Virus record (IMG/VR): IMGVR_UViG_3300044712_000538
Coordinates: 11,940 to 75,939 of that record
DNA length: 64,000 bases
Reading direction: 5' to 3' (one strand)
Origin: a virus
Position 1 is the stretch's first letter, and every line of letters begins with the position of its first letter. The notes below the pieces were generated by a model. It had not been told where the DNA came from. It saw only the letters and a program-made list of their open reading frames with translations, and ran no database searches. Positions 45,848 to 55,755 of this stretch are shown here, piece after piece. The position numbers and the translations under genes were made by a program.

Positions 45848-47465
45848 GATTTTGTCTTTCCTGCTTTGTTTTCTTTTTGCCCAGGCTGCGGCACAGGATA
45901 TTAACGCGCAAGGCCTTATGGAGCCGAAAAGGCTATTCCCGAGGGAGAACTTTGCGCCTCCTATTGATACTGTAATCCCCCCTGCTCGGCTTGGAGAATT
46001 AAGGTCAAGGCCTACCGAAGGAAGGGTTTATATGTGCGTTTCATATGTTGGTCAAAGGTGGATCTCTATTTCCGGAGGAGGAGCCTTGCTGGTTGACAGT
46101 TCCATTTATTCGACCATCGCTCAGGCAAGGAAGATCGTCGGAGATTCTGTTGTAGCCGCTCATATATTTAACAATGGTGTAACGAGAGATCCATCAAACC
46201 CGAGAGTAATTCAGCTTGGCGGCGCTTTGACTAAATCGACTGTTATTGGAGAGGGAGCGGGTGTATATTCTACTACTTTCCGGGATAGCCTTATCACTAA
46301 TGATCGGGCTTTTTACATTCAGCTTCCATCCAGTTCGACACCTATGCGGTGGTGGGCTGGTATGGGGCCGCTCAGGGATACCACTACTGTTGTATTGGGA
46401 TGGAATGTCGGCCGATCCCTTTCCAGCCTGAACAGGTCTGGAGTTTTTATTGGGTCAAATGCTGGATCTGGTGCAACTTCCGGATTGGGTAATGCGGTTG
46501 TGGGATTTGAGGCAGGCCGGGACCTGACTACCGGCCAGGTGAATACATTTTTTGGATATAGGGCTGGACGGGGAATGACAAATGGATTAAACCATGTTGC
46601 CATCGGCCCTTCCGCTTTGCTTAGTTATACGTCCGGTACTTCTGCCTCTACAAATATGATGGCCTTTGGAACCGGATCTTTGCAGTTGGTTACATCCGGC
46701 GGCGCAACTACTGCTATCGGATATTCTTCAAATAGCAATGCAACTTCTTCTACTGAGAATACTTCTGTTGGGCACCAAGTTCAATGGCAAGCCCTGACAA
46801 CAACCGGCAACGTAGTGGTCGGTAAAGATGCGATGCGCGAAGGCCAGGTCCAGCTTTACAATACAATATTGGGGACGAGGGGGCTTGTTGGATCAGCCAA
46901 CTCAGTAAATCAGCCTACCGGGAATGTCGGTGCTGGATATGAGGTGATGCAGAACAATGATGGTGGTGACTACAATGTAATGCTTGGGTTTCAGGTAGGA
47001 AAAAACCTTGGAAGCGTTAGCAATAAGCTGGTCATTGACAATTTCGACAATACGGTAAATCCTTTCCTTTACGGGGACTTCTCCGCTGATAGCCTTAGGG
47101 TGAACGCTTATTTGTCCGTGGAAAAGGTCGATAGCAGCGAGGAGGCTCAAAACACGATTTGGATTACCCAATCTGGAAGATTTATGAAATCGGCTGCTCG
47201 CCCGAGGATTTTGAGCGGCCAGGCAACTCTTGACTTTCCGAGTACGGCATCTGCAAACCAGTCTGAATTGACCGTTACGGTTACTGGCGCTGCCGTTGGT
47301 GATGCCGTTTCTATTGGCGCTCCGGTGGGATCAATTCTTGCAAATGGCGTTTACACTGGATATGTGAGTGCGGCAGATACGGTAACAGTTGTTTTTTTCA
47401 ATGGAGCAAGCGGGCCTTCGCTGGACCCGGCAAGCGGGGTATTCAATGTTCGCGTCATTAAATAA
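45840..47465 (+). CDS. Signal-peptide-bearing fibre/adhesin-like protein with YadA-head-like repeats
   Basis: MNRILSFLLCFLFAQAAA|Q; repeated N.xxG..AG/AL units; C-terminal LDFPST...VTGAAVGD.V..G domain. Confidence 0.7.
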   Translation: MNRILSFLLCFLFAQAAAQDINAQGLMEPKRLFPRENFAPPIDTVIPPARLGELRSRPTEGRVYMCVSYVGQRWISISGGGALLVDSSIYSTIAQARKIVGDSVVAAHIFNNGVTRDPSNPRVIQLGGALTKSTVIGEGAGVYSTTFRDSLITNDRAFYIQLPSSSTPMRWWAGMGPLRDTTTVVLGWNVGRSLSSLNRSGVFIGSNAGSGATSGLGNAVVGFEAGRDLTTGQVNTFFGYRAGRGMTNGLNHVAIGPSALLSYTSGTSASTNMMAFGTGSLQLVTSGGATTAIGYSSNSNATSSTENTSVGHQVQWQALTTTGNVVVGKDAMREGQVQLYNTILGTRGLVGSANSVNQPTGNVGAGYEVMQNNDGGDYNVMLGFQVGKNLGSVSNKLVIDNFDNTVNPFLYGDFSADSLRVNAYLSVEKVDSSEEAQNTIWITQSGRFMKSAARPRILSGQATLDFPSTASANQSELTVTVTGAAVGDAVSIGAPVGSILANGVYTGYVSAADTVTVVFFNGASGPSLDPASGVFNVRVIK

Positions 47466-47471
47466 TGAATC

Positions 47472-47606
47472 ATGAAAAAGACAAATAAAAAGCCCAATCC
47501 AATGCTGTTTTTCGCAATAGTTTGGACCATTGTAATATTTGTCGTCCATGTTCTCCCGCAAAAAGCAGTCAATAGTATTTTTAGCTGGATCTCTGCTATT
47601 TTTTGA
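47472..47606 (+). CDS. Small membrane protein (44 aa, not in ORF track)
   Basis: MKKTNKKPNPMLFFAIVWTIVIFVVHVLPQKAVNSIFSWISAIF fills the gap between the two fibre genes. Confidence 0.55.
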   Translation: MKKTNKKPNPMLFFAIVWTIVIFVVHVLPQKAVNSIFSWISAIF

Positions 47607-47628
47607 TGGCAAACGAAACTCAATATAA

Positions 47629-50457
47629 ATGAAGCGGTTACTCAACATCATATTTTTCTTTTCGCTACTTCTTTCGTCCAGCGTGTTTGGGCAAAGTATT
47701 ATTCAGCCGGACAGGGCGGTAGTGAAGGAGAATTTCAGGCCGCCTCTTGATACGCTTATCGCTCCCGTATTTTTGGGAGAGCTGCGTACCAGGACTGCGG
47801 ACAGTTCAATCTACATATCAATTTCTTTGACCGCTCCGAAGAAATGGATAAAAGCATCTGGATCTGGAGGGGCAGATGGGAACAATTACCCAACGGCTTT
47901 AAGCTTCAATCAGTCAAATGACACCCTTACCCTTTCTTTATTTGGCAGGCCAAGCCTGAGTACCGCCATACCAAGGGCGGTATATGACGGGTCAGAAACA
48001 AAGATTGGTGCCGGAACAGGCGGGGTTATCGTAACCGGGCTCGGAACTACTCCAAGCCCGTATTTGATTTCAGTCCCGTCCTATAATGGATCAGAAACAA
48101 AGTTGTCTGCCGGGCCACGGATCTCTATTAGCGGGAGCGGCACTATACCTCAGCCATACCTTATTACCGCGGCCGATACGGACAGTTCAAGGTATTCGAC
48201 CATAGCGAGGGTGATGCAAAAGATTGACAGTCTGGCGGCTCTTGCCTCCATACGGTCTATTGTGAGCGGGGACAGTTCGATACTGGTTACGTCCGGCACC
48301 GGCCCTACAGTCGATCTCAGGTCGAGGGATTCCGCGATTGACATTGTGTATATCTCTTCCGATGGGTCAGTATTGTTTGAGCATTGGGGATCTGGTGATG
48401 GGGTGGATACGATTGATGTTCGGGCATTGGCCGGTGGTCCTGGCGGGGATAATTGGGGATCGCAGGCCGTTGTTAAGGATGGCACCCTTGTTGGGGATGG
48501 AACTACGATCAGCCCTCTTGGAGTTAATCTGGCTGCAATATCCGGGCTGGCCACCTATTATACGGCAGACGGAAAGTTTACCGGGAACAGATCCGTTGAC
48601 CTTGATGGGTTATATACCCAATACCTTGACACGGTTGCTGGCGTTTCTTCCATATTCAGGATCTCGCATGCTGGCATTCTGGTCCAGAAGAGCAATGCTC
48701 CTCCAATTGCCAGCGTACAGGACAGTTCTTTCATTTTCCAGTCTGGCGGCACTTATCTTTCCTCCACCACCAGAAAGCTTAATCTGGTTGCCCCGGATTC
48801 CATCTACGCCAGTTCCAGGATAACGCACCAAGGATACCTACCGATCCTTTCCCCCTTCCAGCTTACCACAAAAGCATATGTCGATAGCCTTCTTTCGACC
48901 ATAAACGGTTCCGAAACAAAGATCTCGGCCGGGGCAAATGTTACTGTTACCGGTGCCGGAACGACGGGAAGCCCATACATCATATCCGCGACGGCCGGTG
49001 GCGGCCCGGCTGGCGTTACCAGCGTAAACCTCACAATGCCATCGGCATTTACGGTCCTTGGCGGCCCCATCACTTCTGCCGGCACGTTTTCTGTAACCGC
49101 AAACGGAACGGCATCGGACTACATCGCGGGCAATGGTGCCATCCTCCCTTTCCCGGCCATCCCGACATATGACGGATCGGAAACGAAAATATCTGCAGGA
49201 CCGGGCATCGGTGTTACCGGATCTGGAACGACCGGCAGCCCATATGTCATAACCAATCTGTCTAGCGGGAGCGTGGTGAGCGTAGGGATGAGCGTTCCGG
49301 CAGGCCTATCGGTATCTCCCGCAACAATTACCACAAGTGGCACCTTTGCCATCACTACATCCCTGAATGGATTGGTTATAGGAACAGGATCGGGGTTCTC
49401 TACCGCGTCCGTGTCCGCTCCGCTTACCTATTCCGGCGGCAACCTTTCAATTACTCAGTCCAGTGCATCGACAAATGGTTGGATAACCAGTACCAACTTT
49501 CAGAATTGGGAATCCAAGCAGCAACCATTGCAGTTCCGGGATGAAAGCAACCCGGTTGGTGCCCTGGGTGTTGTCCGGAACGTAAACTTTGTCGGGGCCA
49601 GGATCGCGGCAAGCCTAACCGATGCCAATACCGTAACCGTTACGGTGTCTGATCCTACCCCGGACGGGAATAACTACCCCCTTTCTGTTTCAACGTCTGG
49701 AGGCCTTATTACCATCGCGCGGTCTGGATTATCCGATATTGTTGATTCCCTGACCACGACAAGGGTATTGGAGGGCAGCAGGCTATACTTTACAACTGAC
49801 CGGGCCCGGCAGTCCGTTTCTGCCAGTACGGGCCTCAGCTACAATGCCTCTACCGGTGTTTTTACCAACACATCCCCCGACCAGGTTGTTTCGATCTCCG
49901 GGACCAGCGGCATATCCGTTACCGGTTCATATCCCAACTTTACAATATCCGGATCTGGAATTACAGGCATATTTTCTCAGAAATCATCCATTACTCCCGA
50001 GGGATCTTTTAACATCGCCTATGTCAAATCCCTTGGCGGGACATATGAAATTTCAGACAAGGTATTGAAGCTTGGGAACGTGAATGTCGATCCGCACAGG
50101 ACAATAACGGTCAACGCAATGCTTTATGCGGATGCCTCATCCGTATTCCCTGGATTGTGGTATCATGTGGCAACCCTTCCTTCCGGGTATAGGCCCACCG
50201 GGATTGTAAACTTCTCGCTGGCCAATTACGTCCCGACCATAGGCAACCCGGCCACAACTCCAATTCGGGCCAATGACAATTCCACCGGCATAACCGGGAC
50301 CGCTGGCGCAGAATATAACTCCGCGAGCGGTTATATAGATCCAGATACTGGCTATATTTATGTCAAATTGGGAACGATAGTATCGACCCCTACAAGGTCT
50401 GGTGTTTCTACGGTCCTGATACCTATTGTTGTAACTTTTTTCAATAACAATAATTAA
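47629..50457 (+). CDS. Signal-peptide-bearing tail-fibre-like protein
   Basis: MKRLLNIIFFFSLLLSSSVFG|Q; 4x GSETK..AG....G.GT...PY.I; GVTSV/VVSVG knots; VLEGSRLYFTTDRAR..SYNASTG fibre motif; C-terminal VATLPSGYRP. Confidence 0.75.
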   Translation: MKRLLNIIFFFSLLLSSSVFGQSIIQPDRAVVKENFRPPLDTLIAPVFLGELRTRTADSSIYISISLTAPKKWIKASGSGGADGNNYPTALSFNQSNDTLTLSLFGRPSLSTAIPRAVYDGSETKIGAGTGGVIVTGLGTTPSPYLISVPSYNGSETKLSAGPRISISGSGTIPQPYLITAADTDSSRYSTIARVMQKIDSLAALASIRSIVSGDSSILVTSGTGPTVDLRSRDSAIDIVYISSDGSVLFEHWGSGDGVDTIDVRALAGGPGGDNWGSQAVVKDGTLVGDGTTISPLGVNLAAISGLATYYTADGKFTGNRSVDLDGLYTQYLDTVAGVSSIFRISHAGILVQKSNAPPIASVQDSSFIFQSGGTYLSSTTRKLNLVAPDSIYASSRITHQGYLPILSPFQLTTKAYVDSLLSTINGSETKISAGANVTVTGAGTTGSPYIISATAGGGPAGVTSVNLTMPSAFTVLGGPITSAGTFSVTANGTASDYIAGNGAILPFPAIPTYDGSETKISAGPGIGVTGSGTTGSPYVITNLSSGSVVSVGMSVPAGLSVSPATITTSGTFAITTSLNGLVIGTGSGFSTASVSAPLTYSGGNLSITQSSASTNGWITSTNFQNWESKQQPLQFRDESNPVGALGVVRNVNFVGARIAASLTDANTVTVTVSDPTPDGNNYPLSVSTSGGLITIARSGLSDIVDSLTTTRVLEGSRLYFTTDRARQSVSASTGLSYNASTGVFTNTSPDQVVSISGTSGISVTGSYPNFTISGSGITGIFSQKSSITPEGSFNIAYVKSLGGTYEISDKVLKLGNVNVDPHRTITVNAMLYADASSVFPGLWYHVATLPSGYRPTGIVNFSLANYVPTIGNPATTPIRANDNSTGITGTAGAEYNSASGYIDPDTGYIYVKLGTIVSTPTRSGVSTVLIPIVVTFFNNNN

Positions 50458-50469
50458 ACACACACACGA

Positions 50470-50715
50470 ATGAAAAGGAAAATTGCATTGATCGCGCTAC
50501 TCACGGCCCTATTCTCTTTTTCCCCCAAGCAGGAAGACGTAAAGTCATCCACGCAGGAAAAAAAGGTAAAGATTGAACTGACGGTAACCGGGTTGAATAC
50601 CGTTCTTACGGCCCTGCAGGATCGTCCAATGAAAGAGGTTGGCGGCCTTGTCCTTGATATTATCCAGCAAGCCGAGCCTCAGCTTAAAGACACCACATCC
50701 ACCAAAAAGAAATAA
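50470..50715 (+). CDS. Small exported protein (possible fibre chaperone)
   Basis: Signal-like MKRKIALIALLTALFSFS; IELTVTGLNTVLTALQDRP..EV..L...I.QQAEPQ. Confidence 0.6.
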   Translation: MKRKIALIALLTALFSFSPKQEDVKSSTQEKKVKIELTVTGLNTVLTALQDRPMKEVGGLVLDIIQQAEPQLKDTTSTKKK

Positions 50716-50727
50716 AAGCATTTAGGT

Positions 50728-53700
50728 ATGAAGCGAGCATTGTTCCTTGTTTTTTTACTGGTTTCAATGGTAGGAATGTCCCAGGTTCAAACTTATTTGA
50801 CCTGGGACTCTCCTCTTGGAAATTATATCCAGATAAACTCCAATCAGGGTATCCAGCGAAATGCCGGAAATACATTCGGATATGATCAGGGGGACGTTGA
50901 ATCTGTCCAAACCATATCCAGCGGCGAGTCTGTTACTTTTCAGATTGGTGCGCCCGGATCTCAGTTTTATATTGGCCTTATATCATCGAAGCCGAAGGGC
51001 CAAATCGTTGCAGATAATAACGAAGATGGAACCTGGGTGGGATCTGATGCCACGGTAAAATTTGGTCAGGTCTTTGGTGTTTTCGGGAATGACAGTACCA
51101 GCGCATTTGAAGACGGTATTACAAAGGGAACAAAATATAGGGCCACGATAAATCAATGGTTCCGGATTAATTATACGGGGTCTTCCATCCAGTACCAGTA
51201 TTCTACGGACAATGCCGCTACGTTCAACACCTTTTATACATCAACAAATACGGCATCTGGTTCATACTACGTCTACTTCTCTGCCTTTATTCTGAATGTT
51301 TCCCTGCAATCGATTTATAAAACTGGCGCAGGGGGCGGTAATCAGGCTCCTACCGTTTCAGCTACGGCCTCAAACAGTACCGTAACCTCCCCGGTAACAA
51401 CCAATACCCTCACGGCATCAGCATCCGATCCGGACGGATCAATTTCATCCTATTCTTGGGTCAAAATTTCCGGACCGACTGGCGGCAGCATAACATCGCC
51501 TACGGCCTCTTCGACCGGAATTACCGGCCTTACGAATGCCGGGACATATGTTTACCGTGTTACCGTAACCGACAATGGAGGAGCAACGGCAACTGCTGAT
51601 GTGGCTTTCTTGGTAACTGGAGCAACTCAGCAGCTTGTAAATGCTGGTCCAGATCAGGCGCTTCCCATTGGTACAACGTCTACTACCCTATCTGGGACCG
51701 CAGTAACCGCCAGCCAAACCGACCTAATTATATTTTTTGGAGAATCAAATGCATCCGGCCAGGCACCGAATACTTCTGCGACCAGCATCGAGCGGCTGCC
51801 AAGGAGTTCCGTTAAGATCTACAACAATTTCAATGGGCTGATCGAAAACCTTGATCTGGACCAGAACAATAATCTTGATGTATGCGGAATCCCGAGTACC
51901 CATGGTTGGGAAATTGGTCTGGCCGATGCGGTCGAGGCTGGACGGCTGAACAACCCTACATATCTTCTGAAAGTCGCATGCGCAGGCACCAGAATCGACC
52001 AATGGCTGAATGGCTCCGGAAACCCGTCTTGGAATGAGTTTGTACGGAAGGTGGATGACATGCTGGCCAAGATGAGTGCCCAGGGTGTCGTAAGCCCTAA
52101 TATTACAATGTGGATGAGCATCGGTCTTAACGATGCTTTGCAGGGTACTTCTACGGATAGCTTTTCAGCAAGGATCAATCGTTTTACCGCGGCGGTCCGG
52201 GCAAAATACGGCTCAGGAATCAGGGTCTACATGACGCAGTTCCATAGGTATAGGGCAGACTTTGGGGAAACGGCACCGAGCGCCAATGGCCATCCATACA
52301 ATGCGGTGATCGATGCGATTGATGCTGGAGATCCGCTACTGTCCATTGTGGAAACTTCGGACGCTCGGTGGATCGGGTATGGCGTTGATGATCCGGTGCA
52401 TTGGGACTACTCCGGCATGAAGCTTATTGCGGACCGGATGGTAACTGGAACAATCAATAACCGGCCCGGAAGTACTGTAACTTGGACAAAAGAGAGCGGG
52501 CCATCCGGTGGAACAATCGCCTCACCTAACCAGCTTGTTACGACAGTAAGCGGCCTGAATAGCGGCAATTATGTCTACCGGCTTACGTCCGGATCTCAAT
52601 TTGATGAGGTGACTATCGCGGTCGGCCAGAGCAGCTCCAACATCGTTACGACCATTATCCCGGAATCCGATCCAGAGATCATGCGACATTTGGGGGGTGC
52701 GGAAGATTGGTTCGGGCAGAACACGGTCGCGCTCCCAACCAATGCGAACAAGCAGCTTCCAAGATCAACTTATAAGCGTTTCAACTGGTATGAACTAGAA
52801 ACGGCCCAAGGGGTTTTCAACTGGCCGGAATTTGACCAGTTTTTCATAGACGCAATAAACAATGGCCAGACGGTTTCATGGGGAGTAATGACCATGAATG
52901 AAAACACCGGCGCTGGCCGTCCATTTGTGGGAGGAGCCTGGCTGAATTATCCGGTTTACCTACATAACCTAATGCAGGCTGAGGCGGTCAATAGCAGGCC
53001 ATGGCAGTACACCAGCGGAAGCACCAATTTTTGGGTCCCGAACTGGAATAGCCCGAACTTTCTTGCCCGGACGAAAGCCCTGTACGATTCCCTGTATAAC
53101 CGGATGAATACCAGAACACACAATGGGATTCTATTTAAAAACATCGTTGATGTGGTTGAGGTCCGGCATTATGGCCAATGGGGCGAGTGGCATGCTGTGA
53201 ATTACGCTTCTCAGCCAACTGATTACCCGACCGGCCGGCAACCGACCGTGGCAACGCTGGATTCTATCATCAGCTATATTGTCAAGGGGAATCCAGACTT
53301 GAAAACAACGATAATTATTTCGGCCTTTGATGCTTACCGACTGAGTAATGTATGGAACGATCCTGCCGTGGCAAGGTTTGCCCTCACCATCCAGAATCAA
53401 GCTGGTTTCGTTGGCTGGAGGAAGGACCATTGGGGCGATGCGGATCTTTCTTCGACATATGACTATAACTGGACCAATCTTAATGATCGCGGATATACCG
53501 CCCCAACTGTTTCAAATCAGCAACCGGGTGGCAGCTTTGTGGCTTTCGGTATTGATACGGCTACGATGAACCGCTGGAAGCTAGCGCCGATCACCGGGGA
53601 GCCCCCTGGATACCGGACCGAGGATACTAGGGGTGATATGGCCAATTTGCCCAAGGAGGTCCGTTTCTGGCGGGCGGCATCGTTCGGCAACGGTAATATG

Positions 53701-54729
53701 AGCCAGAGTTACGGCCTGCCGCAGCCATGGGGATTTGCTGAGGATAGCGTTCGGCTGGCCTCTAAGATCGCTGGCCACCGCCTGCAGATTGAGGGTGGCA
53801 CCATGACGCAGACCCTTGTTACCGGGGCCAGCTTCTCGATCACCCTGAACTGGAGGAACGCGGGCCTTACCCCGACATACGACAAATACGATGTGATGCT
53901 GGAACTTCGGAACGGCTCCGGACAAACCGTGTGGAGCGATACATCCTCCTTCCAGCCATACCTTTTCCTGCCAGCCAGCACGGCAACGCCTATTACCGAC
54001 AATTTCACCCTGACTTCGATCCCGGTAGGTGTGTATAATCTATTCATCCGGATCGTGGATAAGAAAGGGTATAGGACCCCGCTACCGCTGGCTATTCAGG
54101 GCCGGACAGGGGACGGAAGTTACCAGATCCGGTCGGGCGTTCAGGTCGCGGCTGGTGGCACCAATCAGGCACCTACGGTTGCGATCAGCGGTACGGCCAC
54201 CGTAACCCTTCCAGCTACCAGTACCAGCCTGACGGCATCCGCTACTGACCCGGACGGGACCATATCCTCCTATTCCTGGACGCAAGTGAGCGGGCCCAAT
54301 ACGGCCACAATCGGATCTCCCTCAGCCGCGACAACGACCCTTACTGGCCTTGTGCAGGGCAGCTACAATTTCCAGGTCCTTGTTACGGACAATGGCGGCC
54401 TTACCGCGACCGCGAATAGGGTAGTAACCGTCCTGCCGGCAGCCACGGTTAATGCTGGCCGGGACAAAACGGTTTATGTCAACAAGGTGGTCCTGCAGGG
54501 CACCTATCCGGCAAATACGTCGAGCGTGGCATGGACCAAAATATCTGGCCCGGTTGCCGGGACGATTGTAGATCCTGCTTCGGCCAAGACGGACGTTACC
54601 GGACTGACACCGGGAACATATGTCTTCCGGCTGACGGCAACGGTTGGAGGTCAATCATTCACCGATGACATAACCATTACGGTATCCAATTCGAGAAACC
54701 GGAGGGTTAGGTCCATAAATGTTCAATAA
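50728..54729 (+). CDS. Exported multidomain carbohydrate-active protein: PKD repeats + SGNH/SASA-type esterase + GH-A-like TIM barrel with DUF4832-like domain
   Basis: MKRALFLVFLLVSMVGMS|Q; GESNASG, IGLNDA, DDPVHW; RFNWYELE..GVFNW, YGQWGEWH, PITGEP; W.KISGP/VTDNGG PKD units. Confidence 0.75.
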   Translation: MKRALFLVFLLVSMVGMSQVQTYLTWDSPLGNYIQINSNQGIQRNAGNTFGYDQGDVESVQTISSGESVTFQIGAPGSQFYIGLISSKPKGQIVADNNEDGTWVGSDATVKFGQVFGVFGNDSTSAFEDGITKGTKYRATINQWFRINYTGSSIQYQYSTDNAATFNTFYTSTNTASGSYYVYFSAFILNVSLQSIYKTGAGGGNQAPTVSATASNSTVTSPVTTNTLTASASDPDGSISSYSWVKISGPTGGSITSPTASSTGITGLTNAGTYVYRVTVTDNGGATATADVAFLVTGATQQLVNAGPDQALPIGTTSTTLSGTAVTASQTDLIIFFGESNASGQAPNTSATSIERLPRSSVKIYNNFNGLIENLDLDQNNNLDVCGIPSTHGWEIGLADAVEAGRLNNPTYLLKVACAGTRIDQWLNGSGNPSWNEFVRKVDDMLAKMSAQGVVSPNITMWMSIGLNDALQGTSTDSFSARINRFTAAVRAKYGSGIRVYMTQFHRYRADFGETAPSANGHPYNAVIDAIDAGDPLLSIVETSDARWIGYGVDDPVHWDYSGMKLIADRMVTGTINNRPGSTVTWTKESGPSGGTIASPNQLVTTVSGLNSGNYVYRLTSGSQFDEVTIAVGQSSSNIVTTIIPESDPEIMRHLGGAEDWFGQNTVALPTNANKQLPRSTYKRFNWYELETAQGVFNWPEFDQFFIDAINNGQTVSWGVMTMNENTGAGRPFVGGAWLNYPVYLHNLMQAEAVNSRPWQYTSGSTNFWVPNWNSPNFLARTKALYDSLYNRMNTRTHNGILFKNIVDVVEVRHYGQWGEWHAVNYASQPTDYPTGRQPTVATLDSIISYIVKGNPDLKTTIIISAFDAYRLSNVWNDPAVARFALTIQNQAGFVGWRKDHWGDADLSSTYDYNWTNLNDRGYTAPTVSNQQPGGSFVAFGIDTATMNRWKLAPITGEPPGYRTEDTRGDMANLPKEVRFWRAASFGNGNMSQSYGLPQPWGFAEDSVRLASKIAGHRLQIEGGTMTQTLVTGASFSITLNWRNAGLTPTYDKYDVMLELRNGSGQTVWSDTSSFQPYLFLPASTATPITDNFTLTSIPVGVYNLFIRIVDKKGYRTPLPLAIQGRTGDGSYQIRSGVQVAAGGTNQAPTVAISGTATVTLPATSTSLTASATDPDGTISSYSWTQVSGPNTATIGSPSAATTTLTGLVQGSYNFQVLVTDNGGLTATANRVVTVLPAATVNAGRDKTVYVNKVVLQGTYPANTSSVAWTKISGPVAGTIVDPASAKTDVTGLTPGTYVFRLTATVGGQSFTDDITITVSNSRNRRVRSINVQ

Positions 54730-55046
54730 TGGCTACGAGTTACAATGACATTTTCGATGCCGGGCAACCGTGGGATTTCAGGCTGACCGTCTACGATGAC
54801 AAGTGGGAGAAGCAGAATGTATCGACCTGGCAATTCCGGATCGCAATAAAGAAGCCGGATAATTCCTATCTGTACGATATACAGAACGGGGATATTCTCC
54901 GGCCGTCTACCAGCAGCATTTACTATAAGCTGGATGCTGCCGAGGTAGATGCAATACCGGCCGGGGAGTACACTTTCTCGCTCTTCGTTACCAATGACGA
55001 GGCTATTGATGATGAGATGATCAAAGGAATTATTGTAAAACCATGA
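54729..55046 (+). CDS. Small structural protein (BppU N-terminal-like)
   Basis: WDFRLTVYD...FRIAIKK...IYYKLDAAEVDAIPAGEYTFSL...IKGII. Confidence 0.5.
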   Translation: MATSYNDIFDAGQPWDFRLTVYDDKWEKQNVSTWQFRIAIKKPDNSYLYDIQNGDILRPSTSSIYYKLDAAEVDAIPAGEYTFSLFVTNDEAIDDEMIKGIIVKP

Positions 55047-55261
55047 CGTACAATCTGGTCATAAGCAAGGCTCCTGTCTATAACATGGTTGTCGGCGCAA
55101 ATTCCGGCATAAATGTTAGTATCCAGAAGCAAAATCCCATTAACATTGTAATCGAGAAGAGCGGGAACGGCCTATACCAGAGGAAGATCTTTATAGGACC
55201 AACCCCGCCGCCTCCCGGCATGTTGGAGCCGGACGATTTTTGGTTTCAAACATTTGATTAA
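55043..55261 (+). CDS. Hypothetical structural protein
   Basis: IFIGPTPP..DDFWF fibre-associated motif. Confidence 0.55.
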   Translation: MTYNLVISKAPVYNMVVGANSGINVSIQKQNPINIVIEKSGNGLYQRKIFIGPTPPPPGMLEPDDFWFQTFD

Positions 55262-55278
55262 CAACAAAAACATGATTT

Positions 55279-55749
55279 ATGCCCGCAGGTAAATGGAAAG
55301 CATATGACTTGGCAAAGAAATACCTTGCCGACGGTACATTCGATCTGGATGATACTACAAACTGGAAGCTTGCCCTGTTTCTGTCAACGTCAAACGCCAA
55401 TACCCTTGGCGGAACCAATGATGTGTACGGTGATCTCACCAATGAGGTTGCCAACGGGAATGGTTATGTTACCGGCGGTGTTGCCCTGACTGGCGTAGCG
55501 TTCAACCATGCTACCGGAACGGCTACCTTTCAGGCGAACAACGCAGCGTTCACCGCATCCGGGGGCAGCATTACGGCTCGCTTTGCGGTAATCTACAAGG
55601 ATGCTACCGTGAACGGTATTGTGAAACCGCTGCTTTGCGTATGCCTGCTGGAGAATCCGGCTGCAGACGTAACCGTTACGGCTGGCAACACCCTGACCAT
55701 TACCCTGAATACCGGCATCATTACCATTTCTGGTGGCAACGTCGATTAA
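55279..55749 (+). CDS. Phage minor tail/structural protein
   Basis: DLD..WKLAL..NEVA.GNGY.TGG.AL...TASGGSITARFAVIY...DVTVTAGNTLTI, a widespread phage family. Confidence 0.7.
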   Translation: MPAGKWKAYDLAKKYLADGTFDLDDTTNWKLALFLSTSNANTLGGTNDVYGDLTNEVANGNGYVTGGVALTGVAFNHATGTATFQANNAAFTASGGSITARFAVIYKDATVNGIVKPLLCVCLLENPAADVTVTAGNTLTITLNTGIITISGGNVD

Positions 55750-55755
55750 TAGCAC

